This document shows, piece after piece, positions 37,103 through 47,350 of a stretch of DNA of 49,090 bases (its first letter is position 1; the number at the start of each line of letters is the position of its first letter). The notes below the pieces were generated by a model. The model worked only from the letters and a program-made list of their open reading frames with translations, was not told the DNA's origin and ran no database searches. The translations under genes and the position numbers were made by a program. The stretch comes from Bacteriovoracaceae bacterium (lineage in GTDB: Bacteria > Bdellovibrionota > Bacteriovoracia > Bacteriovoracales > Bacteriovoracaceae): contig JBMYPC010000003.1 in the NCBI GenBank assembly GCA_049599895.1, positions 1 to 49,090 of the forward strand, written 5' to 3'.

Positions 37103-38473
37103 TTAAAGAAATGAGTCGTACTTGTGTGATGTAATCGGAAGACCAAGCTTCTTTAAAGATGAATAAAGCTTTTTGTCCCCTAGAACGAGGATCGTTGATT
37201 TGTTCCAATCAAAGATATCTTTTGCAGTCTTTTGAACATCTTCAAAAGTAAGGGACTTCACAATTTGTGGAAACTTATAAAGTTCTCCATAGGCCCTTCC
37301 AACATGATCAAGTTGTACAAGTTGTGAAAGAAAACTTGAAGACTTTTCAAAACGAAAGGGATAACTGCTAGAGAGGGAGTTTTTAGACCTTGTGAAAGCT
37401 TCTTTAGATGAAACCCCAGTTTGAACTTGTTCAAGGACCATTTTGATAGAGTCAATCATCTCTTTAACTGACTCGTTCTTAGTTGAAGAAGAAATGATTG
37501 CTCTTCCATACTCTTTTTGTCCTGAGATGACAGAGTAGATTCCGTATGTGAGGTTTCGATTGACTCGTATCTCTTCATTAAGCCTTGAGGTGAAGCCTCC
37601 TCCGATATACTCACTTGTTAGTGAAAGAAGCTCATCATTATCAAAAGAGCCTTTATTAAGAAACCTTCCAATAATAACATTGGCCTGGTTAGCATTAGGA
37701 ACTTTTACAAAGTGAATTTTGGCACCACTAAAACTCTTTGGATTATATGAGATTTTTCTTTCAAAAGTCGCTTTTTCACCACTCCATTTGCAGTCATCAA
37801 TAATCACTTTTTTTAAGTTAAGAGTTTCCTTTGGCCCCGTAATATAAATTCTCTTCTTAACTTCATCATTAAAATACTTAAGCTGCGAAAGGAGTCCCTT
37901 GCGATTCAACTTACTTATATCTTTTAACCTTCCCCCAGTTGGAATAACAAAAGGAGTATTATCTAAGGTGATTTGCCTAAACGCTCGGTGGGCCATACTT
38001 GAAGGGCTATTCACTAAATTTTTAAGACCCTCTTTCGCACGAGTTTTATAAATTTTAAGTTCTTTATTCGGAAAAGTGGCATCTCGAAAGACATGACAAA
38101 TCTTTTTTACGGTAGGAATAATGTCTTTTACAAGTCCTGTTACAGAATAAGCCGATTGCTCATGGTAGATGCTTGCTCCATAACTTGCTCCAAAAAATTC
38201 AAGATTATCAGAGATATCTTTTTGTGAGTATCTTCTTGTACCAGAGGTTAAAAGATCAAACATGGCATTACTGATGCCCCCAACACCTACTTTATTGTCA
38301 GCAATAGCGCCATCGGCAAAATAAGTGATAAACGAATAAGTTGGAAAACGGTTGTCTTCAAGATAAACAACTTCTATTCCGTTCCAATTATATTTTTTAA
38401 CAGCCCCTTCATCAAAGGCCATCGATAAAGTTGAGTTTAATCCTAAAACTAAGAGAAGTATTTTTTTAATCAT
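37103..38473 (-). CDS. M16 peptidase, non-catalytic subunit
   Basis: No HxxEH; GGGFTSRLNEEIR..LTY. Confidence 0.85.
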   Translation of the reverse strand: MIKKILLLVLGLNSTLSMAFDEGAVKKYNWNGIEVVYLEDNRFPTYSFITYFADGAIADNKVGVGGISNAMFDLLTSGTRRYSQKDISDNLEFFGASYGASIYHEQSAYSVTGLVKDIIPTVKKICHVFRDATFPNKELKIYKTRAKEGLKNLVNSPSSMAHRAFRQITLDNTPFVIPTGGRLKDISKLNRKGLLSQLKYFNDEVKKRIYITGPKETLNLKKVIIDDCKWSGEKATFERKISYNPKSFSGAKIHFVKVPNANQANVIIGRFLNKGSFDNDELLSLTSEYIGGGFTSRLNEEIRVNRNLTYGIYSVISGQKEYGRAIISSSTKNESVKEMIDSIKMVLEQVQTGVSSKEAFTRSKNSLSSSYPFRFEKSSSFLSQLVQLDHVGRAYGELYKFPQIVKSLTFEDVQKTAKDIFDWNKSTILVLGDKKLYSSLKKLGLPITSHKYDSFL

Positions 38474-38496
38474 ATTTATATCCCTATCAACGAATC

Positions 38497-39897
38497 TTAA
38501 TGCTTAAACCAAGAACTTGCGAAAATACTCTTTTTATCTTTAAAGAGGTCCTTACAAGCTGAGCGAATTTGCTCGACAGTCAAATTGTTATAAATTTCAA
38601 TTTCTTTTTTATAAAAGTCATAACTTCCAAAAAAGTTTTCTCTTAAACCAAGAAAGCTTGCCATACCATTGTTCGTTTGGATCCCTTTATAATAATCAAC
38701 TAAGTACTGATTCTTTGCTTTTTGAAGTGACCTCTCGTTGATTGCTGTATCACAGGATTTAATAAGATCTTTGCTGAGATTGTTCTTTAAAGACTTTAAA
38801 CTTTTTCCACCAAGAAGTTGTCCATAAATCATGAACATTCCATTATGCTTTAGACGATAACTATAGGCTCCAATACTCGATGTTTGAGGTCTTCTGCCTT
38901 TAACATACTTTTGATGAAGAAAAGAGCTTTCTCCATCCCCTAGAATTGTGGATAGCATATCAAGAGCAAAGCCGTGATTTGAAGTCAAAGACTCCCCTCT
39001 ATAAACCATTCTAAAAAGTGGCAGCTGACTTTTTGATTTGATTTTAATCCACTGGGGATAATTTTCATGATGCTTATAAAGTGAAGCATTATCTTTTTCT
39101 TCCTTATAAGACACTAAGCTTTTGTTCGGCTTGAGATCTCCGTAATACTTCTCAACCATTTTAATAGTGTCATCAACATCAACATCACCAGTGATAACCA
39201 CAATGGCATTGTTAGGAACATAAAACTGTCGATGAAAATCAAGAAGGTTTTCTCTGGTTAAACTTTTAAGATCAGCAATTTCTCCAATGACACTTCCCCC
39301 ATAAGGAGTCCCCTTAAAGATGGCCTGCATGGTCTTAAGGTAAAGCTCCCCCGAAGGAGAATTTTCATAGCGTTGTTTTCTCTCTTCAAAAACAACCTGC
39401 CTTTCTTTAGCGAGAAGCTCAGGCTCCATGTTGATAGCATTCATTCGATCGGCTTCCATGGCCATCACTGTATTAAGACCCGATGAGGGGATATTTTGAT
39501 AATAGACAGTGGAATCAAAACTTGTATAAGCGTTAGTGTTTCCACCAACTCCTTCGATATAATTAAAAAAGCTCTTTCCTGGAAATTTTGGCGAACCTTT
39601 AAAAAGCATATGCTCAAGAAAGTGTGTGGCCCCAGTATTTTTTCCTTTCTGCTCATGCCTTCCTCCAACATCATAAAATGTGTAATAAGAGAGAATAGGA
39701 AGTCTTGAGTTTTTAAAAATCAGGACTCTTAAGCCATTATCTAGAGTGTGTTTTTTCACCTGAAGGTCCATCAGATCTGTTTTTTCCTCAGAGCTCGATG
39801 CTGATTTATGAGTTTTAGAAACCTGTAATTTCGAACATGAGAACGAAAGAAAAAGAGCAAAAATAACCATCCATGTACGATTGATTGAATGAATCAA
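38497..39897 (-). CDS. M16 zinc peptidase, catalytic subunit (lipoprotein)
   Basis: HFLEHMLFKG, NAYTS.D.T.Y; lipobox SFSC. Confidence 0.92.
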   Translation of the reverse strand: MIHSINRTWMVIFALFLSFSCSKLQVSKTHKSASSSEEKTDLMDLQVKKHTLDNGLRVLIFKNSRLPILSYYTFYDVGGRHEQKGKNTGATHFLEHMLFKGSPKFPGKSFFNYIEGVGGNTNAYTSFDSTVYYQNIPSSGLNTVMAMEADRMNAINMEPELLAKERQVVFEERKQRYENSPSGELYLKTMQAIFKGTPYGGSVIGEIADLKSLTRENLLDFHRQFYVPNNAIVVITGDVDVDDTIKMVEKYYGDLKPNKSLVSYKEEKDNASLYKHHENYPQWIKIKSKSQLPLFRMVYRGESLTSNHGFALDMLSTILGDGESSFLHQKYVKGRRPQTSSIGAYSYRLKHNGMFMIYGQLLGGKSLKSLKNNLSKDLIKSCDTAINERSLQKAKNQYLVDYYKGIQTNNGMASFLGLRENFFGSYDFYKKEIEIYNNLTVEQIRSACKDLFKDKKSIFASSWFKH

Positions 39898-40108
39898 GGG
39901 AACCTCGCTTTGCGCAATAAAGAAAGCCTTATAATTACGATAAGTTAATCAATATTATCTTAATAGGGGCCAAGTCTACTGACAAGTGAGCAATTAAAGA
40001 TTCCTTGTGACAATTTAATACCTGAGACGTATATTTTTGATGAAAATTATCAATTGAGATTAATGCTTTGTGTGGTGCTGACTTTAATATTAAAGATTGG
40101 AGGGTGGT

Positions 40109-41215
40109 GTGAAAATTGGTGTTCCTAAGGAAATAAAAAACAACGAAAATCGTGTTGGTCTTGTTCCTGCTGGTGTTAGACAGCTTGTGATGGACGGTCA
40201 TGAGGTATTTGTTGAAACCAATGCTGGAATTGGAATTGGTCTTACAGATGAAGCTTATCTTAAAGCTGGAGCTAAGATCCTTGACTCTCTTGAAGCGGTA
40301 TTTGAAGCCTCTGAGATGATTGTTAAAGTTAAAGAGCCTCAACCAAGAGAATTGGATTGCTTGAGACCTCACCATTCTCTCTATACTTACCTTCACCTTG
40401 CAGCAGACCGTGAACTCACGACTCGACTTATGGAAACTGGCTGTACTTCTGTTGCCTATGAGACAATTCAGGGTCCACAGAATGAACTTCCTCTTCTGGT
40501 TCCAATGTCAGAGGTCGCTGGGAGAATGTCTGTTCAAGTCGGTGCTGCTCACCTTCAACTGGATCATGGTGGAAAAGGCGTCCTTCTTGGTGGTGTTCCG
40601 GGAACTCGAAGAGCAAAAGTCACAGTCATTGGCTGTGGTATTGCTGGAACCAATGCCATAAAAATGGCCATGGGAATGGGGGCAGATGTTATCGCGATTG
40701 ATCTTTCCACAAAAAGACTAGCTGAACTAGATGATCTTTTTGATAACCGTATCACGACACTTTACTCTAATATTGAAACCATAGAGTCCTCTGTCATCCA
40801 AAGTGACCTCGTTATTGGTGCAGTTCTTATTCCAGGTGCGAAGGCCCCTAAACTTGTCACAAAGGACATGATCTCGAAAATGGAAAAAGGTTCAGTGGTT
40901 GTTGATATTGCAGTTGACCAAGGTGGCTGTATTGAAACCTGCAAACCAACGACTCACCAAGAGCCTACTTTTGAAGTTGATGGAGTCATTCATTACTGTG
41001 TTGCTAATATGCCTGGAGCAGTTGCCCAAACTTCGACATTTGCTCTGACAAACGTCACTCTTAACTATGCAAGAAAAATTGCAAATATGGGAATTGAGAA
41101 GGCAGCAGCGGGAGATCCGGCCCTTAAGTTTGGAATTAACACATATAAAGGCGATCTCGTTTATCTCCCAGTTGCAGAGAGTTTAGACCTACCTTATACC
41201 GAGCTTAAATTCTAA
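40109..41215 (+). CDS. ald: Alanine dehydrogenase
   Basis: KIGVPKEIKNNENRV, PMSEVAGR, DIAVDQGG, HYCVANMPG; GTG start after GGAGG. Confidence 0.96.
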   Translation: MKIGVPKEIKNNENRVGLVPAGVRQLVMDGHEVFVETNAGIGIGLTDEAYLKAGAKILDSLEAVFEASEMIVKVKEPQPRELDCLRPHHSLYTYLHLAADRELTTRLMETGCTSVAYETIQGPQNELPLLVPMSEVAGRMSVQVGAAHLQLDHGGKGVLLGGVPGTRRAKVTVIGCGIAGTNAIKMAMGMGADVIAIDLSTKRLAELDDLFDNRITTLYSNIETIESSVIQSDLVIGAVLIPGAKAPKLVTKDMISKMEKGSVVVDIAVDQGGCIETCKPTTHQEPTFEVDGVIHYCVANMPGAVAQTSTFALTNVTLNYARKIANMGIEKAAAGDPALKFGINTYKGDLVYLPVAESLDLPYTELKF

Positions 41216-41270
41216 AAGAAGGACGAGATTTGCCCCTAGCAAATTTTCTAAAAGTTGATAAAATTAGATT

Positions 41271-41741
41271 GTGACTGGTAATAAACTTTTAGACAAAATC
41301 ATTGTTCTTATCTCTTTTCTTGGAGCTGCAAGTTTTCTTGGAGTCACTGTTTACCGTACGATGATCTACAAAAAGCCAATGCCTAACGAGCAAGCTGAGC
41401 TTGAGAGACTTAAAGCCGAGGCAAGAAAAAAGATCTTCGCCGAATCATATAAGCTCCCTCCGCTTACCATTAACCTTCCCTCAAGAACGGTAAAACTAAG
41501 GTTTCTCGATATTGAAATGTATCTCGTGCCATTCGAAGCAAAGTACCTGGAGACATTAGAAAAGTTCAAACCTCATATAATCGATATTATTATCGATGCT
41601 GCTTCAAAGATTGACCCCTCAGAGCTCAATACTCCAACAGGTAAAATCCTTCTTGAAAGTCGAATAAAAGAAAAGGCCAATGATAAAATTGGCGAGATTG
41701 TTATTAAAGAGATTTTGTTTACGAAGTTTATCGTAAACTAA
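41271..41741 (+). CDS. fliL: FliL family protein
   Basis: N-terminal TM; TINL..RFL, GK..L...I, IKEILFTKFIV. Confidence 0.8.
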   Translation: MTGNKLLDKIIVLISFLGAASFLGVTVYRTMIYKKPMPNEQAELERLKAEARKKIFAESYKLPPLTINLPSRTVKLRFLDIEMYLVPFEAKYLETLEKFKPHIIDIIIDAASKIDPSELNTPTGKILLESRIKEKANDKIGEIVIKEILFTKFIVN

Positions 41742-41744
41742 GGC

Positions 41745-41945
41745 TTAAGACTCCCCAGTTACCATTCCTAGCTGGTTTTTTAACTCTTCTGTTGTTCCAA
41801 GGTTATTTGTATCGTCTGTGAGTTCGTTGATGTACTGCTCATACTCAGCTCTTGAAATCTTTCCATCTGATAAATGCTTATCTAGAAGTCTAACATCCAT
41901 CTTCTTATTCTTTAATGCGCCGCTAAGTAACATGAGGTTCTCCAA
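41745..41945 (-). CDS. Small hypothetical protein
   Basis: DVRLLDK.L..G.IS..EY..Y...L.D pattern. Confidence 0.6.
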   Translation of the reverse strand: MENLMLLSGALKNKKMDVRLLDKHLSDGKISRAEYEQYINELTDDTNNLGTTEELKNQLGMVTGES

Positions 41946-42038
41946 AAACAGTTTTAGTAAGTCTTAGTAGGTATCATACTGAAATAACTGTGGCAACAAC
42001 CACAATACTTTCAAATTAAGCAGAAGCTTAAAACGTTT

Positions 42039-42788
42039 TTATTGTAGGTATTTAGGTGGTTTATCGTCATCATCATCTGTCTTAACCAGCTTAAGATGAC
42101 CACCTCCTCGCTTAGATCTCAATGAAGGTTTAGAGCTTTTTTCTCCCAGGCCTTCAAGCCAGTTTTTCACAGTCCCCTTGGTCATAAGAAGCATAGCAGC
42201 GAAGCCCATTCCCATATGAAGAAGATGTCCTATTGCCGCAAAACCTTGTTGGAAGAAAGCCTGATAAGTCAAAACTCCAATGATGATCGCACAAAAGTAT
42301 TTTGCCTTAATGGGAAAAACAAACATGAAGCTGAAGTGCCGCTCAGGAAATAGAATTCCGTAAGCTAAGATCAAAGCTTCACTCATCCCCTGAAGTCCCC
42401 CAAGTGGAGCATAGGCCATACCACTTTGGGCCATAATTAAAGAAAGAATAAAGTAGATTAGACCGGCTCCAATACAACTTACACATAAAAAGAAAATGTA
42501 CTTTTTCTTTCCCCATAGAGTTTCTAACTCGCAACCAACAAACCAAATAAGAAGTGCTGCAAAAAGATAGCTCCAAAGACCAAGACTAAGAAATGGAAAC
42601 GTAAGGAATTGATAAACATGTCCAGAAAGAACACTTGCTGGGTTTAAGTGAAGTATCGAAAGAAATGAACCACCATTAGCAAACTTCATCAAAAGCGAAT
42701 CCAGTAAAAAGAGCGCAAACGTTAAAATCAGAAGCTTTTTATTAATATCACTAAGCTTTGGAAAATGGACTTGATTATACTGTTGCAA
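42039..42788 (-). CDS. Rhomboid-family intramembrane protein (catalytic Ser apparently absent)
   Basis: YQFLTFPFL, G.ELE..WG, LFPER, FPIKAKY, GHL; GLQG instead of GxSG. Confidence 0.8.
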   Translation of the reverse strand: MQQYNQVHFPKLSDINKKLLILTFALFLLDSLLMKFANGGSFLSILHLNPASVLSGHVYQFLTFPFLSLGLWSYLFAALLIWFVGCELETLWGKKKYIFFLCVSCIGAGLIYFILSLIMAQSGMAYAPLGGLQGMSEALILAYGILFPERHFSFMFVFPIKAKYFCAIIIGVLTYQAFFQQGFAAIGHLLHMGMGFAAMLLMTKGTVKNWLEGLGEKSSKPSLRSKRGGGHLKLVKTDDDDDKPPKYLQ

Positions 42789-42833
42789 ATTGGCCTCCCG
42801 CCTAAGTACTATAACTCGATTTTAAAACTCTTC

Positions 42834-43169
42834 CTAGAATTCTAAAGGCCTTTTCTGGTTTAATTTTTTCTGTATAAGTCGATCAAGAAAGTATTCCCGA
42901 TCAAAACCATCCATCATCGATTTGAGTTCTTCACCAGGCTTATAGCTCTTTTTATATTCAAGACCAATCATTCTCAATTGACTGTAATAGAATTCATGAA
43001 CCTGACTAGAATGCTTTTCATCTAAAGCCGTATAAAATAAAGACTTGTCATTTTTTAGGCGATTAAGCTCTTCAAACTCTTTTAAATCAAAGAGTAGCCG
43101 ACCTTCAGCGTTGGCTGTATTCCCTATTAAAAAGCTCCCTATAAAAGTGACAAAAATCCTCATCAACAT
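42834..43169 (-). CDS. Hypothetical secreted protein
   Basis: Signal peptide ending ANA. Confidence 0.6.
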   Translation of the reverse strand: MLMRIFVTFIGSFLIGNTANAEGRLLFDLKEFEELNRLKNDKSLFYTALDEKHSSQVHEFYYSQLRMIGLEYKKSYKPGEELKSMMDGFDREYFLDRLIQKKLNQKRPLEF

Positions 43170-43207
43170 CCCCTAATCTTAGTCCTTAACTCCGTAAAAT
43201 AAAAGCT

Positions 43208-43234
43208 CAAAAAAGGTGGTCTAACTGTCGATAA
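43208..43234 (+). promoter_or_regulatory. Possible sigma28 promoter
   Basis: CAAA-N15-GTCGATAA. Confidence 0.3.
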
Positions 43235-43306
43235 GAAGTATTGCTAACTCATTTGTTTTACAAGGTTTTAGCTAAAGAAATGAGTTTTAAGGGTCATCAA
43301 AATTTC

Positions 43307-45733
43307 ATGAAGAAAATAGTAAAATATTTATCACTTCTTAGCACCGTTTTGATCACAAGTTGCGCCCACTATCGAAATCAATCTCCAGTAAGGGCTCCTA
43401 GCTCCAATATTAAAAAGTTTCTCTGCCTTCCAGAGATCGCAAGAAAGATCTCACCAAGTGCGAGTCCTTACCGGTTAAGAAAACTCTTTGCCGACTCTCC
43501 TCAAAAATTTGAGAGCTTTGTTAAGTCATTGCATAAATTAACTCCAGACAATAAAGAACTCTTGCTTCGACACTTAGGTTCAAAAAGAAACTTTACGACT
43601 CTTGAACAGCTTCAAACTCAGCTCTTTACATTTATTAAAAGAAAATTCAACGACAAAAACCTTTCTGTTGATGAAGCTTCTGAACTTTTTAAATATATTT
43701 CTGAAAAAGATTTTAAAGCTGCTACTAATCGCTGGGATATGGCCTCAGTCATTCAAAAGATCTTTCTTGATGAAAACATTCATGAACAGGGAACTTACCC
43801 TTTTGGAGAAACCTTTGGCCCATTCTATTCAAGACTTAACGAAGCCAAAAAAGCTCTCAGAGAAAGGTTTAGTCGAACTGAAAATTATGAAAGGGCCCTT
43901 TTTCAAGTTTATAATAACTATCTTTCTAAACCTGAAGAGATCCCAAGCAATATCGGTTTGATCCTTTCCAGGATCTCTAAGAATTTACTTGGAGACTTTT
44001 CTGATGATCACATTGAAATTGTTTTAAAACTTATCAAAAATAAAAGTTTGATTAATGACTCTGAGGAAATTCGATCCGAAAGAATCTTAGAGTTTCTCAG
44101 TGACAGCAATGCCTTTGAACATCTCCTCGATGTCAAAAGATCTAATAAGTCTGAGTCTTTTGACAAAATTCTTTCCTATCTTATTCATGGGTACAGAAAT
44201 TCTGAAAGCAAATTAGCCAATTACTTTGAAGCCACTCCTCTTCCCATGAAAATGCAAAAAAAATATGACCGCTATATGCAGACGAAAGAAAAAGTTCTCG
44301 CCTACCAACAAGATCTTCAGGTCAAAACAGATTTTTTTGAAAACAAAGAAGAAGCCTATAAAAAAATCGACTCTGTTCTTCATCAATTTACCGCACTCTA
44401 TCCACGGACAAATCTTGAAGAGCTCGTGATTATCTTCAATAACTTTAAAAGAACGAACCCTGACTTTGATATTTTTGAGTTTCAAAGTGTAGGAGATCTT
44501 ATACGCCACATCTATAAAATTGAAGCAGCAGATCCTCCTATTGCTCCTCTCCTTGCTGAATACTCTGAGAAAAACTTTTTTAAAATTCTTGGCAGTCTCA
44601 AGGAAGGGTTTAAAAAAGAACTTAAAATGCATAAGAAAAACTTTGCGACCTTCACCGATTTTGTTAGCTCTGGAATAACAATAACCCGAAACACTCTTTG
44701 GAAAGGCATCAAAAACACAGCTGAAAAGACTGCTGGCTGCATTTGGCGAAATCCGATTTTAAGAAAAGATTATCTTATCAACACTGCTATTTTCATTGGA
44801 GTCTTTAATAATAATAAAAACAAAGAACTCAAAGACACTCCCTGGGAACTCTTTTTTAACGTCATGGCCTGGTCCCTTTTTATCAATAATAAAAACTGTG
44901 TTGCGGCGACAAAGGTTAACATTCAAGTTGGTCAAAACATTCCCATGTCAGCAATTCCGATTAAGTCACGAGGAAGAGACCTCGTCACTTATCTAGGAAA
45001 GATGATGAGCGTAAATATGTATGCAGCAGGAACTCTCCTCCTCATGAAAGGAACAATGGACTATGCTCTTGATAGAGATGAAAAGATGGACTTTCAAAGT
45101 TTCATTACACAAATTCCTACCATGATTTTATACAACACTCTTTGGAATCCGATGAAAGTTTTCTTCATTAATCCTCTCAAACTTAAAACCTTTACGAGTA
45201 TGGCCAAAGGACTCTCACAAGGTTCAGCCAGAGCGGGCGAATGGACTAAGAACTTAGTCATGAAACAAATGTCGACACGGTTTTCTTATTTTCAAAAAAC
45301 TCTTCCGAGTCTCATTGAACACGTTAGAAAATTTGGAGCAAACAATATCCCTCAATATCTCAAAAATTTCTATCCTCAGTCATTTATAAATGGTGTTGCC
45401 CAAAAGATTGCCAACTTCCCTAAGGTCCTGACCTCACAAGAAACATTTGAAATGGCCCTCCTCATCGTGATCGACAAAATCGGTATCGGAACCTTAAACC
45501 TAATCGAATACGACTACGTTTGGGATGGTGGTTTAAAGCTTTTTGAACTTCCAGACAAAGTCTATACCTGGCTCTCCCAAGATATGGTGGATTATATTCG
45601 TGCAAGTTCAGAACAAAAAATACCTCTTAAGCCAGTCGAAGCAACTGATGTCGAATTAGTTCCTGAATCTGACACAGGTGATGCTGTTGAAAAGCTTGAT
45701 TTCTCGATAAAATCTCAAGAAGAAGAATTATAA
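43307..45733 (+). CDS. Large hypothetical lipoprotein
   Basis: MKKIVKYLSLLSTVLITSC lipobox from ATG 43307; helical; hydrophobic segments in the C-terminal half. Confidence 0.8.
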   Translation: MKKIVKYLSLLSTVLITSCAHYRNQSPVRAPSSNIKKFLCLPEIARKISPSASPYRLRKLFADSPQKFESFVKSLHKLTPDNKELLLRHLGSKRNFTTLEQLQTQLFTFIKRKFNDKNLSVDEASELFKYISEKDFKAATNRWDMASVIQKIFLDENIHEQGTYPFGETFGPFYSRLNEAKKALRERFSRTENYERALFQVYNNYLSKPEEIPSNIGLILSRISKNLLGDFSDDHIEIVLKLIKNKSLINDSEEIRSERILEFLSDSNAFEHLLDVKRSNKSESFDKILSYLIHGYRNSESKLANYFEATPLPMKMQKKYDRYMQTKEKVLAYQQDLQVKTDFFENKEEAYKKIDSVLHQFTALYPRTNLEELVIIFNNFKRTNPDFDIFEFQSVGDLIRHIYKIEAADPPIAPLLAEYSEKNFFKILGSLKEGFKKELKMHKKNFATFTDFVSSGITITRNTLWKGIKNTAEKTAGCIWRNPILRKDYLINTAIFIGVFNNNKNKELKDTPWELFFNVMAWSLFINNKNCVAATKVNIQVGQNIPMSAIPIKSRGRDLVTYLGKMMSVNMYAAGTLLLMKGTMDYALDRDEKMDFQSFITQIPTMILYNTLWNPMKVFFINPLKLKTFTSMAKGLSQGSARAGEWTKNLVMKQMSTRFSYFQKTLPSLIEHVRKFGANNIPQYLKNFYPQSFINGVAQKIANFPKVLTSQETFEMALLIVIDKIGIGTLNLIEYDYVWDGGLKLFELPDKVYTWLSQDMVDYIRASSEQKIPLKPVEATDVELVPESDTGDAVEKLDFSIKSQEEEL

Positions 45734-47260
45734 AAACCTTTTTAATTCCTCTAAGTTCTTCGTTAAAAGGACTGAGAGAGTTGACCAGGTAAAGTCTTTT
45801 GGGCCATTGCCCATAACCCCTTCTCCGGTACTAGAATAAAATTCGAAAAATCCATGATTATAAGTGAGTTCTTGAGTTTTCTGAATGAGTTGGATGCCTT
45901 TTTCTGCAAACTCCTTTGCCGTCTTCACATCACCAATCTCACGAAACTCTTTAGCATATCGTTCCAACCCCAAGATGATAAAATAGTTTGTATTAATCCA
46001 TGTTGAGCCACGCCAATAATCATCATCAACAAAACCGGGATCACTTTTTGCTACAGTTGGAACAGGCCAAGTTGTATTAAAGTCACTACTTTTTAGTGCT
46101 GATAAAAGAGCTTTGGCCATATCGTGATCAGGAATTCCTGAATAAAGAGTCATCAGGCCAGCAATGGTTTTTGTCAAAATTTTTCCATCATCTCCAACAC
46201 TATAAAGACTCTCATTAATTTCAAGATCCTTCTTTTTTAATTCTTTTTTCACTTCATCTAGAAGTTCACGAGAAGGTCTTTTCCCGCCAACACTATAAAA
46301 GAACCCTGTTTGATCATCCCACATTTGTTCTCGAGCTGCTTTTACAACTCTTTGCTTAATCGCCTCAAGTTTTTCCACATCATTAAAACGATTCTTTTTT
46401 CTTGCATATTTGATCGTTTCTTCAATAGTGAACACTAAATGTGATGCCATATCGGGAGATTGAAGAACAAAGCGATCAGACTCAGCCCCACTGAGATTTG
46501 TTCCTTTCTCCTTAAGCTGATCATGAATGGCAAACCTTGCTTTCTTTGCATAATAGTCTTTCTTTCCAGTGTTTATGGTTTGAAGTTTCATCGACTTTGG
46601 CTCTTCACCCAACATATACTTTAAGTTCAATACATCATTATCTCTTCCTGCATCTCTTCCTGTCTCCCAAGGATGGACAGTAAAAGGAAGATCATTTTTC
46701 AGTCTTTTTTGATCCCACCAATCAATGTTTTTCATGACGGCCATATAAAGAATCTCAAGAGCCTCTTCATCACTTTTAAACTTGTCATAAAGAAGCCCAT
46801 AAATAGGAGGTTGAGTAATAAATGAATGTCTTGGTTTTCCCCAAAACTTCTCATCATCACCACCCTTAAAGTTCATATGGGGGATGAAGCCGTCTTTATT
46901 TTGGTTACTGATGACTTCAGCAAGACCACCTCTAGGATCGACCTCATCTTTTAGAATGCCATGAACGAGATCCCATTCCCAACTTGCTGACTCATATGTA
47001 TCAGAAGCAGGAACAGTGTAATACCAGCCTTTACCCTTATTACCTATAAAGGCTTTCCACTGTTGCTCAGGAATAAAACTATGAAGAAAGTACTTTCTAA
47101 ATCGTCGATTATTATCGATCAAATCATTGGCAAGTCTTTGGTGTTCTTGATGATTGACTGTTTTTAAAAGAATAGGCAAGCAGGACTCCTCGAAAGGCAT
47201 ATCAGTAGCAAGGCTTAGATTGCAGTTTAGCAAAAATAGAAAGATTAATACATGTCTCAT
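45728..47260 (-). CDS. Secreted GH63/MGH1-like glycoside hydrolase
   Basis: Y...WEWD, GFIPH, TQPP, HPWETGRD, YWRGSTWINTNY, GFFEFY, FTWS. Confidence 0.85.
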   Translation of the reverse strand: MRHVLIFLFLLNCNLSLATDMPFEESCLPILLKTVNHQEHQRLANDLIDNNRRFRKYFLHSFIPEQQWKAFIGNKGKGWYYTVPASDTYESASWEWDLVHGILKDEVDPRGGLAEVISNQNKDGFIPHMNFKGGDDEKFWGKPRHSFITQPPIYGLLYDKFKSDEEALEILYMAVMKNIDWWDQKRLKNDLPFTVHPWETGRDAGRDNDVLNLKYMLGEEPKSMKLQTINTGKKDYYAKKARFAIHDQLKEKGTNLSGAESDRFVLQSPDMASHLVFTIEETIKYARKKNRFNDVEKLEAIKQRVVKAAREQMWDDQTGFFYSVGGKRPSRELLDEVKKELKKKDLEINESLYSVGDDGKILTKTIAGLMTLYSGIPDHDMAKALLSALKSSDFNTTWPVPTVAKSDPGFVDDDYWRGSTWINTNYFIILGLERYAKEFREIGDVKTAKEFAEKGIQLIQKTQELTYNHGFFEFYSSTGEGVMGNGPKDFTWSTLSVLLTKNLEELKRFL

Positions 47261-47350
47261 AATTTATTCAACACTTTATGTGTTTCTAACAAATCAATCG
47301 ATCATTTTAGAAGATATTACAAGGGTGTAAAAAAAGTAAGCAATTCTGTA

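Noticed and set aside
39935..40396. 153-aa - strand ORF and other short overlapping ORFs in the track
   Set aside because: Antisense or alternate-frame shadows of well-supported genes, with no recognisable motifs
41271..41741. Orphan fliL as a novelty
   Set aside because: Dispersed fliL paralogs are common
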